DNA of 64,000 nucleotides from an uncultured virus (IMG/VR IMGVR_UViG_3300009545_000019) (taxonomy: Duplodnaviria; Heunggongvirae; Uroviricota; Caudoviricetes). The position numbers were made by a program, and so were the translations under genes. Below the pieces are notes generated by a model that saw only the letters and a list, made by a program, of their open reading frames with translations, had not been told where the DNA came from and did not search any database. The DNA lies in the IMG/VR virus record IMGVR_UViG_3300009545_000019; one strand, given 5' to 3'. Below, in pieces: positions 8,333 through 19,316 of this stretch (its first letter is position 1; each line of letters opens with the position of its first letter).

Positions 8333-8742
8333 TAGCGATCGACCCGGGAGCGTGCTCCGGGTTCGGGTACTTCGAAAAGGGTGTGCTCGTGAATTGCGGC
8401 GTATTCGATCCGAAGAAGTCGTGTCGACCGTACTTCGGAGAAGGTGGCATCGTCATCGAACGCCCGCAGATTTACGTTTCTCGGCCCGTTGATTCGAATG
8501 CTTTGATTACTCTGGCGATCCTCGTCGGACGTTTTTCGGAGTGGTACGAGTCGAAAGGTTGCACGGTCGAACATGTGCTTCCGCATGCTTGGAAGGGAAA
8601 CCTCGACAAGGGCATGTGCTGGCGCCGCACGAAGCCAAAGCTCTCGCTCGAAGAGCTACACGTCCTTCCCAAGGTCGCGAAGACGTACACACACAATATG
8701 TACGATGCGATCGGCATCGGTTTGTGGAAGCTTGACCGGTAA
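8323..8742 (+). CDS. RuvC-like Holliday junction resolvase
   Basis: IAIDPG, IVIERPQ, PHAWKG, and the C-terminal HNMYDAIGIG RNase H-fold acidic motifs. Confidence 0.8.
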   Translation: MGLIAIDPGACSGFGYFEKGVLVNCGVFDPKKSCRPYFGEGGIVIERPQIYVSRPVDSNALITLAILVGRFSEWYESKGCTVEHVLPHAWKGNLDKGMCWRRTKPKLSLEELHVLPKVAKTYTHNMYDAIGIGLWKLDR

Positions 8743-8745
8743 CCC

Positions 8746-8774
8746 TTGCGCTCCGTATACGCAGTGTGTATACG
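8746..8774 (+). promoter_or_regulatory. Putative promoter overlapped by a palindromic operator
   Basis: TTGCGC and TATACG hexamers; inverted repeat cgtatacgca-g-tgtgtatacg at 8754-8774 (9/10 match) just upstream of the RHH gene. Confidence 0.5.
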
Positions 8775-8780
8775 TAGAGC

Positions 8781-8954
8781 ATGCGAGACAGACAGTTCGC
8801 CATGCGGCTCGACGCCGCCGAGCAGGCGAGATTCCGCAAGGTGGCCGAGCATCACGACATCGACGTGGCGCAACTCCTTCGCAGGCTGGTGAAGGAAGAG
8901 GAAGAGCGACTCAGGCTTGCTGCGAGGAAAGGGCGGGGAAAGGCGCATGGATAA
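8781..8954 (+). CDS. Ribbon-helix-helix (Arc/CopG-like) DNA-binding protein, 57 aa (not in the ORF track)
   Basis: MRDRQFAMRLDAAEQARFRKVAEHHDIDVAQLLRRLVKEEEERLRLAARKGRGKAHG. Confidence 0.7.
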   Translation: MRDRQFAMRLDAAEQARFRKVAEHHDIDVAQLLRRLVKEEEERLRLAARKGRGKAHG

Positions 8955-10002
8955 GACGGAGCTTTGGCAGTGGAACGAGGAGCTGAAGGCCAAGGTCACG
9001 AAGCTCGAGACGGAAAACGCTGACCTGAAAGAGTTGCTCGAAAAGTCTGAAGGGGAGCGCAAGAACAACTTCCGAGCGTACAAGGACAGCACAGAGGAAA
9101 ACACATCACTTCGCGCGGCCCTTCGTACCATCTTCGCAACCGAGCCAGGAGACGTTGGAGAGCGGCTGGGCCGCGCGATGTTCGTTGCCGGCGAGAACGC
9201 TCGTGAGCGATCAGACGGTGTTGTGCAATGGGTTGGCATCCCCGCCGATCAGAAGAAACCCTTCATTGAAGGCGCCCTCGCCGTCCGCCGCGCCGTGATT
9301 GCGCAGGCGACGACGGATGCTGCGATTGAGGCGGCTGGGAACGGATACCAAGACGTGCTCGACGGGAAGACGCCAGGATATCCGCTGCGCGCCGCCATCC
9401 TCGCCGCATTCGGGGCGCCGGTGGTGGACGAAGCGCCGCGCAAGATGTCGATCGAGTGCAACGACGCAACCGCCGGACAGCTTCTCGCGATTGCTGCGGC
9501 TCGTGAGGACGAGTTGCGGGCCCAGATCGAAGCCGTCGAAGCCGCGCTGGAGGCTGCCGGTCGACCAGCGTTAGACGCTCACAAGGATCGCGGTCAGACG
9601 AAGGACGTCGAGATTTCCGACGCAGAACGCATCCGGCGCATGTCCGCCGAACTCGAAGCAATGCGCTCAATCGCGCATGCGGCGGCCCGCGTAATCGGCT
9701 CGTACACGTGCCGCAACCGCGCAGATGATGTGGCCAACGAGGAATGGAATGTACTTCGCAAGGCCATGCAGGCGCTTTCAGTATCTCTCGCCCCAGATGA
9801 TGATGAACAGTCGTCGGACGACGTCGAGACCGAATCCGAACGGCGCATCAAGTCGCTCGAGAACGGCATGGAAGAACTCGCCGTCCAGCTTGCCCAGCTC
9901 AAGGAGACCGTGGTCGAGAACGACATCTCACGCTCGCGAGAGATCGGGAGGCTCGAGGGCGTGGTGGCAGAGTTAGAGAAGAAGATCGGAAGGTTAAAAT
10001 GA
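8947..10002 (+). CDS. Hypothetical coiled-coil protein
   Basis: Long helical ORF that overlaps its neighbours. Confidence 0.6.
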   Translation: MDKTELWQWNEELKAKVTKLETENADLKELLEKSEGERKNNFRAYKDSTEENTSLRAALRTIFATEPGDVGERLGRAMFVAGENARERSDGVVQWVGIPADQKKPFIEGALAVRRAVIAQATTDAAIEAAGNGYQDVLDGKTPGYPLRAAILAAFGAPVVDEAPRKMSIECNDATAGQLLAIAAAREDELRAQIEAVEAALEAAGRPALDAHKDRGQTKDVEISDAERIRRMSAELEAMRSIAHAAARVIGSYTCRNRADDVANEEWNVLRKAMQALSVSLAPDDDEQSSDDVETESERRIKSLENGMEELAVQLAQLKETVVENDISRSREIGRLEGVVAELEKKIGRLK

Positions 10003-10780
10003 CCGAACTGAAAACCCAAATCACCGCCGAACTGCGCTTCACGTTCATCAAGAAGGAGCGCACGAAGAACATCCACGGTGATCCGTTCCACGCCCTTTAC
10101 TACCGCGTCGACATGCCGGGTCGCACCCTCTTCCTCGAGCCCATCCACGTCGGTTTCCACGCGATCGACAAGATGGACGAGACGTACCTTCGGACGTTGC
10201 TCATCGACGCAATGCCGTGGCGACGATGAGGTGGCGCCGCAGGCTTTTGCGTCGGCAGCGAAAGGCGCTCCACGCGGAAACATCGCGCATCGAAACGATC
10301 AAGCAGGCCAGGGCGCGTCGTAGAAAGTGGCCGGGAGGGGTCCGCCCAGTCGAACTTCAGCAAAGGAGCGGTCAATGATATTTCTCGTCGCCTACGCGGT
10401 CGGCGCCATCTTGTGGGGTTGGAAGTCGTACCGACTCCTCGGCGCCTTCTGGTGGGGCCCATCGGAAGGCGTGCGCGTCGTCACCGCGATCCTTTGCGGC
10501 GTTCTATGGCTTCCGAGCTGGGCCCACGCGCTCTATCGAGAGTTCCGGCCGTGAAGTTGCCTATCGTCATCGACATCGAGCCTGAAGACGCCACCAAGTG
10601 CGGTACGTGTCCTCGAGCTCAACTTGACGGGACCTGCGGCGCCTTCGAGTACGGAGGTACAGAGCGCGCGACCCTTTACGACGAGAAGGAACTCCCGCTA
10701 TGGGCTGACGATTACACGCTTCAAATGCGACGCCTGCCGGCTTGTGTCGAAGCAGCTGAACGGGCGACCGAGCTCCGGAA

Positions 10781-11032
10781 ATGAGCGAGCGGGCGTTCAC
10801 GGCCGAGCTCATGGAGCGCGGGCTCTACGAAATCGCGAAAGAGATCGCATTGAAAGAACACGTCACCGTCGAGGAGATCGGAAGCATGAGCGCGTTCTCT
10901 CATATCGTGCGTGCGAGGTTGGAGTTCGTCACTTTCCTTCGAGACAGAGGGTGGAGCTTCGAGGCGATCGGAACGCTTCTCGGTCGAGACCGTTCGAGTA
11001 TTTTCCAGATGATGAAGAGGAAGAAGAAATGA
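10781..11032 (+). CDS. Small HTH protein resembling the DnaA C-terminal DNA-binding domain
   Basis: IVRAR...LRDRGWSFEAIGTLLGRDRSSI. Confidence 0.6.
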   Translation: MSERAFTAELMERGLYEIAKEIALKEHVTVEEIGSMSAFSHIVRARLEFVTFLRDRGWSFEAIGTLLGRDRSSIFQMMKRKKK

Positions 11033-11304
11033 GCTTCGCGAAGATGTCGCCTGAACGACAGCGTGAGATCACTGCAATGGGCGGTCGCGCTAGCGGGCAT
11101 CGATGGACGCTCGAGGAGCAACGAATCCATTCTCGCGCGAGTAACATCGCGGACCTTCCCGAAGAGGTGCGCAAGGAGATGGCTCGGCTCGGCGGAGAGG
11201 CCGCGCAGGCGAGTGGTAACGCTCGACGATGGACGAGGGAACAGGCAGCCGAAGCGGCGCGGAAGAGTGTGGCCGTGCGGACGGATAGGAAGAAGGGGAA
11301 ATGA
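11029..11304 (+). CDS. KGG-repeat general stress-like protein
   Basis: FAKMSPERQREITAMGGRAS, EMARLGGEA, WTREQAAEAARKS repeats. Confidence 0.65.
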   Translation: MSFAKMSPERQREITAMGGRASGHRWTLEEQRIHSRASNIADLPEEVRKEMARLGGEAAQASGNARRWTREQAAEAARKSVAVRTDRKKGK

Positions 11305-11891
11305 ACATCATCGGTCTCTGCGGTCTCGCCGGCTCCGGCAAGGACAGCGCCGCGGACTTCCTCGTCTCGCACCACGGCTTCGTCAAGGTGGCGCTCGCGG
11401 ATCCAATCAAGCGTGCGTGCGCCGAGTGGTTCGGGTGGGACGAGGAGACTCTCTGGGGACCGAGTGAGAAGCGAAACGTCGCCGATCCGATGCGTGCCGG
11501 TGGTCGCTCGCCGCGGTACGTTCTGCAAAGGCTCGGCACCGAGTTCGGTCGGCATTGCTACGAGGACATTTGGGTGTCGTACGCATTGCGTATTGCCCGC
11601 GAGGTTCTGGACATGCATCAGCATTACGTTCCTTCGGTTGGACTCGCGGGCCGCGCATCACTTTATGAAGGCGTCGTCATCCCCGACGTCCGCTTCTTGA
11701 ACGAAGTCGAGGCCATCCGCAACGCGGGCGGTGTCGTGTGGAAGATCGAGCGCCATGGCGCCGGTCTTCAAGGCGCAGCGGCGCAGCACGTCTCCGAGAC
11801 GGAGCAGACGTCAATTCCGGCGGAAGCCTTCGCGCGCATCGTTGTCAACGATGGGACCCTGGGTGAGCTACGAGAGAAGGTGCGGCCGTGA
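11301..11891 (+). CDS. Deoxynucleoside monophosphate kinase
   Basis: GLAGSGKD P-loop, ALADPIK, PRYVLQRLGTEFGR, DVRFLNE, HVSE. Confidence 0.9.
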   Translation: MNIIGLCGLAGSGKDSAADFLVSHHGFVKVALADPIKRACAEWFGWDEETLWGPSEKRNVADPMRAGGRSPRYVLQRLGTEFGRHCYEDIWVSYALRIAREVLDMHQHYVPSVGLAGRASLYEGVVIPDVRFLNEVEAIRNAGGVVWKIERHGAGLQGAAAQHVSETEQTSIPAEAFARIVVNDGTLGELREKVRP

Positions 11892-12123
11892 AAGTCGAAG
11901 TCGACGCAGACGAATTGGCGAAGCTCCGCGCCGAGAACGAGCGACTCGCGAAGCGCGAGCAGGAGTTGCTCGAGAAAAATACGAGCCTCCGTCTCGAGCT
12001 TCAGGCCATGCGATCGATCTCGGTCATCTTGCGCGACATGGAGAAGATGTTCGAGCGCGGACTAGATCGAGCGGTCGATGAGTCGAAGCAAGTAGCCTTA
12101 GCCTATGCGCAAGCGAGGAAGTC

Positions 12124-12720
12124 GTGAGCATCCTCGCGGACGGCGCGATCCTGAACGCCATCGAGGCCGGCGAGATCAAGATCGAGCCCATGGCGCCGTG
12201 GGCGGTCGGGACGAACAGTATCGACCTGCACCTGTCGAAGCACCTTGCCATCCCGAAGTTCGGTGGGACGCTGCCTAGATATTGGACCCCTACTTTTTTC
12301 GACGCACGAACCGAGATCAAAGAAGTCGAACGATTCGAGATCGATCCTGACAAAGGATTCTTCCTCAAGCCCGGTCAGCTCTACCTCGGCTCCACGGTCG
12401 AGTGGACGAGCTCGGGGCCGTACCTACCGTTCATCGACGGAACGAGCGGTGCGGGACGTCTTGGCATCTCCGTTCACGTCACGGCGGGCAAAGGCGATGT
12501 CGGGTTTATAGGACATTGGACTCTCGAGCTTACGGTCGTTCACCCCGTGCGCGTGTACGGCGGCGAGCCCGTCGCGCAGATATTCTTCCACACCGTCGTC
12601 GGCACGGTGATGCGCCCGTACCATTCGAAAATCGGTAGCAACTATGGCGGGGACCGTGACCCGCTCCCACAAGCGTCGCGCATGTGGAACAAGAAGCGCT
12701 GGACAGGAGAAGAGACGTGA
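12124..12720 (+). CDS. dcd: dCTP deaminase
   Basis: NSIDLHL, LGSTVEW, GTSGAGRLG, TAGKGDVGFIGHWTLE, AQIFF. Confidence 0.88.
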   Translation: MSILADGAILNAIEAGEIKIEPMAPWAVGTNSIDLHLSKHLAIPKFGGTLPRYWTPTFFDARTEIKEVERFEIDPDKGFFLKPGQLYLGSTVEWTSSGPYLPFIDGTSGAGRLGISVHVTAGKGDVGFIGHWTLELTVVHPVRVYGGEPVAQIFFHTVVGTVMRPYHSKIGSNYGGDRDPLPQASRMWNKKRWTGEET

Positions 12721-15700
12721 CCAACACGATCATCGTTTGCGTGTTCTCATGTCTGCTCCTTGCGCTCGGGTTCGTACAGTGGCGTTTCATATTCCGTAAC
12801 CGCATCCGCGATCTCGAGTCTGACAATGCGCGGCTTCGACGGCTAGACAAGGCGAACCAGGCTGTAGTCAAGTCGCGCCAGGAGCACATCAAGGCGCTTC
12901 AGGACATGCTTGAGATTTACCAGACGACGCCGCGCTCGTTGAAGATGGCGGTCGTGCTGATGGATCACACGCCGGGTGCACTCGACGTCGCGATGCGCTC
13001 GATCGGAATTACACTGCCTGGCGAGACGGTGAAGAAGACAGGGAAGGCGTCGTGATGAAAGCCAAGAATCCGAAGAAGTTGCCCGAGCCCGAAGTGGAAC
13101 TATGGACCGGCCAAGTATGGAATGTGCCGGACCTAGGCGAGTGCAAGTCACGGGAATCTTCCAGGTTCGACTCAGCGCAGAAGATGTCCTTCGTTCGGTT
13201 CGATTCAAGCGAGGCTGCTGCGGATCTTTCATCTGGTCGCGCGACTACTTCCTATCGCGAGCTCGGTTCGTCAAGGAGTCGTATTGGAGCGAGAAGGCCA
13301 GAAAGAACGGGAACGTGGGGCTCACCGGCGGTATCGGAGGGACTACGTGAACAAACTCATCTGTTTTCGCTGCCGGCGCCTGCACCTACGCCTGTGCGCG
13401 TGCGGGCGCATCCATTCCGCCCTTCGCGCGAAGCATTGGAACCTTCTCCGGCGCGCGGTGGAGCATTACGACGAAGGTATCGTCACCAAGTATGCCGAGA
13501 CGGCGAAGGTGCTCGAGGAGCGCGGCCTCGTGCGCATTTTCGGCAAGCCCTTCCGCGGGAAGGTGAAGGTCTTCGCCCGGCAAGCGGGGCGCGAACTCCA
13601 TATCTCTCGCACGGCGGACGAGGCGTGCGAGACGGCGCGCAAGGTGATCGAAGGGCTGACTGCGAAGCCGGGGGAGACGCTGACTGAGCAATTGGCACGT
13701 CACCAGCGACGCAATCAACAGATGTTGAAGGAATTGGGCGATCTATGACCCCCGCAAGTGCGACGAGCACGAGCTTCGCCTCGGGGAGTTCGCCGACAGC
13801 CCGCGCTACACGAAGGTGCTCGAAGAATCGAAAACGTGCTGGCGGTGTCGATTCTGGGCGGCCGTGGCCTACGTGCTCTGGAGGCTGCGATGATCGTTCT
13901 CTTAAGCCGCTTCCAGCGAGACTCCCTCTCCCACGTCTGTCTGCGCGCGACGCAAGGCAAGGCCATCCTCGTCGGCGAAGAGGCGGACGCAGGACGACGC
14001 TCAAGGTCCTCGGCTACGTGCGGATCGAAACGAAGACGACGTGGGCGACGCCGCGGTGCTTCCCGACGCCCGAGGGCTTTGCGTGGGTGCGTGAGGCGTA
14101 CTTGGGAGGGATGCCAACAGAGGGATTGTCATGAGCAGGTTGCCGAAGAAAAGTGAGCGTTGTGCGTCAATGATGGGGTGCTACCGGTGCGAGCAGGCCA
14201 TCGGGCATGACAATGAGCATAGTCACTCGAATGGTCGATACACGTGGAAGGACGGTCAGGCAGAGGCGACGCGACACCGTCAGTGCACCAAGATCTATGC
14301 GGGTCGTGGTGTCGCGATTTTCTGCCTGAAGACAGAGGGACACGCGGGCGACCATCGTGGTGGCAGACGGCAATGGAACGAGGAAGGCAAACGAGTACTT
14401 ATCACCGAGCCCCAGCCCATCTGAGGGGCTCGTGACTCGAAGGAAACGCATTTCCTATACCGGTCCTTTGACACGCGCGACGGAGGCGCTTCTGCATGGT
14501 GCAGAGGCACTGTTCGTCGCGCGGATGAAGTGCGTTTCCTTGGGGTTACGAACAGAAAAGGAATCGAACAATGAGCGCAATTTCTCTCGACGACGCATCT
14601 CTCAAGAAACTCGTTTCGGAAGCCATTCTGATGGCGATCACGCAGGAGCAGCGCGGCGAGCTCATGGTGAAGGCTCTCGCTTCGCTCATCGAGCCGCAGT
14701 CGGGTCAGTACGGAGCGAAGCGTCCGTCGCGCATCGAGGAAGCGTTCACGAACGCTGCATCACGCATTGCCGAGCAGCAAGCGACGGAGTTGCTCGAGAA
14801 GGATCCTGGGTTTCAGCAGAAGCTGAAGGGTCTTATGATGGAGACGATGGAACGTGCATTCACGGGGGAGGCGCGTGAGAACATCATCAAGGCGATGGTC
14901 GAGGCGTTCCGAAAAGGGATGACCGGCGACAGGTACTGATCGTGAAAACCGGCACCCCTCACGAACATGGCGACGGCGCGAAGTTCCTCATCGCTGAGTC
15001 TTCCCCAGTCGAAGGAAATCTCGCTGTCGCTATCTACGTGGGCGGCTTCAACGACCCCATGCTGGGCACGTTCAACGACCGGCCCTCGAAAAATGGGGGG
15101 ATTCATTTCGATCTCTCTCCACCGATAAGGGGCGCGAGGAGATCGCTGACGAGATAGGAGAAGGACCGTGAAACGGCGGAGATCATGAGCACATGCGAGC
15201 GCTGCGGCGCAGAGATCGAGAAGTCGGCAAAAGGCGAAGACTGGTGGTGCACGGAGAACTGCGAAGGCATCACCGATCGCATCCGAGCGAGGCGGGACGC
15301 CTTTCGCATGAGCGCAACGGAGCACCCGTGTAATCTCTGCGGTCTCTCATGCCTACTAGAACCTGATCACCCGCCGGCCGGGCTCATCAATGCGACCGTG
15401 ATCGGCGGATACCCATCGACACCTGGCAACGGCAACGGAGCACTCGACGACAACGATGGCTACCGGTTTTCTCTCTGCGAGTTCTGTCTTGATTGGCTGT
15501 TCACGCAGTTTCGAATTTCGGTGGCCATGGTCAACACGAGGATCGCTTGGTCTCCGGGGCCGGGCGAATCGATTGATGATGCGATGCAGAGAACCGGCGG
15601 ATTTGTGAGTCTTGTCACCGGACCAGATCCGGATCCATGGCGCCCCGCCGAGCAACGCGTGCGCGAAGACGCATGGCGCGAAGACAAGAAAGGCTTCTTC

Positions 15701-18120
15701 CAAGAGAAGGCGCGCAGAGACATTGCCAGGAGGCAGCGATGAACATCGAGCAAGAACCGGTTATTGTGACAGTCAACGAAGGCGACGGAGCCGAAGGCTT
15801 CGGATTCTACGTATGGGAGACGGATGCGGCGGAGGAGGGCTACATCTGGTTTGGCACCACGCGACCGACGGCCGATGACCTGCGCGCCATCTGTCCACGA
15901 TATGTTGAAGAGCGATCCAACGGCGGCGTTCGTTGCGACGTGGATAACGGTCCGTGCGCCTGTGGTGCTTGGCACTAAGCGAAGAGAAGGGCCATCCAGT
16001 GAGAACCAGAGAAGGCGCTCTAAAAGCACGGGACATCATGATCCGGCATCTCGCCGAGCCTATGTGGCTGAGAGGCGTCGGCGTCACTTTGGACGACAAA
16101 GGAGGATATGCCGTCCAGGTAAACGTCCAATCGATCACTCCGGAAATTCTAGCCACTGTGCCGAATCACATTCACCTTCAGCCGGTAACGCATCCTCATG
16201 GTCCTTCGGACGATGCGTACGGTGGTCGTTCGGGCTGTGGGCGACGTTGTGCTGCGATGAACAAGCCTTGCTGCTGGATGTGCGGAAGCTCGAATGTGAC
16301 GGTGAAATTTATCGGCTACGTTCCCACTTTCCACATCAAGGACGAGTGTGATTGCCCCGACGATGGGCGCACGTCTTGCGGGGAGACTGCCCAAGGTCGA
16401 TGTGTATGCCACGCTTGTCTAAATACGTGGGTCGATGGGGACATCTCCGAGTTTGATCTGGGTCTTAACTAGAATGGATTGGCAATGAAAAGCAGCGCTT
16501 CGATTACTCGCGACATGAAGACGTTTGGCTGGACTGACATCTGGTTCCCGGCCCCAAAGCGTTGGTACGTTGGCGTGTGGACTGGTCCCGACAATGATCT
16601 GCTCTGTGTGAAGCACTGCAAGACGAACGCGGAAGCCGAGCAGTTTCTGAGTCCGTGCGGTCCAACGCTAGCTGAAGCGTGCACGAGGGCAGTAAACGCC
16701 TTCGGTAGCACCGGAGCGGGTGAGACAGATGCAGGCATCATTTCCGTTGGTGGTGCGCATGACCATAAATAGCACTCCCTATCGCGTACCCGGGAAACGG
16801 GACGAATGTAAAGAGAAGAAACCGACGAGTGGCGAGAGCTTCCTGATCGCTCTCTGCATCGAACTAGAGGAGGTCGGGCCTTGCATTACATGCGGTATCC
16901 GATACGCATTTGATCGCTCGTTCGTCGCTATCCTGAAGAGAAACGGGGCCACGTTCTACTGTCCGAACGGTCACGGTAGTCACTTTGTGAGCCCGACGCC
17001 TCCGCTCGAGAAAAAACCGTGAACCCCTATCGCTCCGCGCTCGCGCGACCCGAGCCCGCACGCAGGACCCTGCGCGGCCGGCTTCGGCGCCTTCGACGTC
17101 GGCTCGTCGTGTGGTGGTTCACAGGTCCAACTCGCATTGAAAGAAAGATGATTCGGGCTGCTGTTGCCGCCTCTGGATTTTGGCTGGGAAGGATTCGATG
17201 ACGCTCGTCTCGTATCACCCCGACTGGAAGGGCCACATCAGCGTTCAGCACACCGTGTGGTGCGGCGTCTGCAACCGGTGGGAACAGCACGACGGACCGA
17301 AGAAGGAATGCGTCGACGAGTGGAAGCGCGAGGGCTGGCGACGGAGTCGGAAGTTCGGGTGGGTCTGCCCGGCCTGCCGGCGAAGGGGTGTTTCCCCTGG
17401 AAAACTACGCTGAAAGCCGAATTCCTCAATGATTTCAAGCACTTACAGCATTTTTAAGACCCGGTCACTATAATGGGCGTTCTTGACACCGGCTCCCCGG
17501 TGGCTAGGTTGGCTCGGTAGCCGCTGACGAAGCGGCCGGGAGGACAGGATGGGAGTCTCGTACAGCGTCGAAGGCGTCAAGCCGCCCGATGAGAGGTGGA
17601 AGCAGATGAAGGCCATCTTCCAAGCATGTGAAGCGGCGAACGTCGAAGTGCCTGGTTCGGTATGGGAGTTCTTCAAGGGCGAGCGTCCCGATGCAAAGGG
17701 CGTCGTGGAGCAGCTTGGGAACTATTACGACGCGAAGAAGAACCATCCGTGCTGCACGTCGAACGGGAAAGGCTTCGAGGTCGACATCACCAAGTTGCCC
17801 GCCGACGTGAAGATCGTTCGTTTCGTGATCTCGTACTGAAGGAGCTCAGGATGACGAAGAAGCCCGAGGCCGCCATGCGCGAGCCTTACCCGCGACAGGA
17901 GACAGCAATGGTCATCTCGCGTGAAGAACTTCCGGAGCCAGAGGAAGTTGGCGTGGTCGATCGATGCCCGTTTTGCAGCACTCGCGATGGCTACCAAGGA
18001 AACAAAATCGGTCCAACCGCCCCCGTGATTTGTGAGCCGGGTCGACGTCTCCTTCACCAGAGATGTCGAGCATGCGGTGCGCGATGGGTTCGGAAGATGG
18101 GCGCGGAGCGGTTCGTATGA
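12717..18120 (+). other. Cluster of about 20 short, overlapping hypothetical ORFs (many Cys-rich), some frameshifted
   Basis: Coupled ORFs, e.g. 12717-13055, 13347-13748, 14131-14424, 14571-14939, 15185-15742, 15739-15978, 17198-17413, 17549-17839, 17851-18120. Confidence 0.6.
17483..17510 (+). promoter_or_regulatory. Sigma70-like promoter
   Basis: TTGACA-16 nt-TAGGTT upstream of GGAGG and ATG 17549. Confidence 0.5.
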
Positions 18121-19316
18121 CCAAGCTCGTCCAAGTTCCGAAGGAGAAGCTCCGCGCGAAGCGGGCTCTCGTCGTCGAGATGTTCGCGGGAGAGGGCGTT
18201 GCGAAGATCGATCGCTCACTGGCTTACGACCTTCGCGCCCCTGCCCCGCTCGCCACCGTCGACCTTACCCCGTCGCCAGTAGGTCTCTACCTGGATTCTC
18301 TCAACACCGACGTGTCGCGCGCGACGATGCTCTCCTCGCTCGAGAAGATCGCGAAGATGCTCGCGCCGTCCATGGGCATCACGTACATCGATCCGCCGAA
18401 GGCGAGGAATGGTGCCGAGAAGCCGATCTCGCCGGCCTATGCCTTCCCCTGGCACAAGCTCAACGCGGGGCTCGTTGCCGGACTTCGTAAGGATCTCCTG
18501 GCGAAGTGCGCAATCGCGACCGCGAATCTGCGCCTGGCAGCGTTGAAGGGCGTCCTGCGCGCATGCGCGCCCCTGAAGCTCATGACCTACGAGGACGTGC
18601 ACAGTGCGCTCTACAGCGCCGCGCGCATCAAGGGCCACACGGAGCCTCCCGGACGTGCGCTTCCCCAGGAAGACGTCGAGGCGCTGATCGCTGCGTGCGA
18701 CACGACGACGATCATTGGTCAGCGCGACGCGGCGATGATCGTTCTCTTCTTCGGATGCGGCCTCCGAAAGGCCGAGGTGGCGAAGGCCACAATCGGCAGC
18801 CTGTCCTTCCAGCTGAAGACGTCATCGTCGCTCCTCGTGGAGGGCAAGGGTAGGAAACAGCGAAGGGTCTTCCTCTCCGCAGGCGCGTTCAAAATCGTCG
18901 ACACGTGGCTGAAGGTTCGCGGCACCGATGAAGGGCCGTTTCTCCTTACCTGCGATCCGAACCATGGTGGTGCCATCGACACTAGGAAGCGCGGAATGTC
19001 CTTCAGCGCAATCTACAAACGCGTCGTCGAGCTCGCGAAGAGGGCGGGCATCGCCCACGTGTCGCCGCACGATCTCCGACGGACATACATCACGGATCTC
19101 CTGAAGAGCGGCGTCGACCTGGCGACCACTTCGAAGATGGTCGGGCACTCGGGCGTAGCAACGACGCAGATCTACGACCGTCGCGGTGAAGAAGAGCGGC
19201 AGGCCGCGAGCGACAAGTTCCAAGAGGAGAGGTTCGGGAAGATGACCGGCGAGACTCCGAAGAGCGCGAAGAAGCGAATGGAAACGCAGGCGAAGAAGGG
19301 GACGAAGAAACGATGA
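18117..19316 (+). CDS. int: Tyrosine recombinase/integrase
   Basis: Catalytic R (GLRKAE), K (GKGRK), HDLRR, GH and Y (TTQIY). Confidence 0.92.
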   Translation: MTKLVQVPKEKLRAKRALVVEMFAGEGVAKIDRSLAYDLRAPAPLATVDLTPSPVGLYLDSLNTDVSRATMLSSLEKIAKMLAPSMGITYIDPPKARNGAEKPISPAYAFPWHKLNAGLVAGLRKDLLAKCAIATANLRLAALKGVLRACAPLKLMTYEDVHSALYSAARIKGHTEPPGRALPQEDVEALIAACDTTTIIGQRDAAMIVLFFGCGLRKAEVAKATIGSLSFQLKTSSSLLVEGKGRKQRRVFLSAGAFKIVDTWLKVRGTDEGPFLLTCDPNHGGAIDTRKRGMSFSAIYKRVVELAKRAGIAHVSPHDLRRTYITDLLKSGVDLATTSKMVGHSGVATTQIYDRRGEEERQAASDKFQEERFGKMTGETPKSAKKRMETQAKKGTKKR

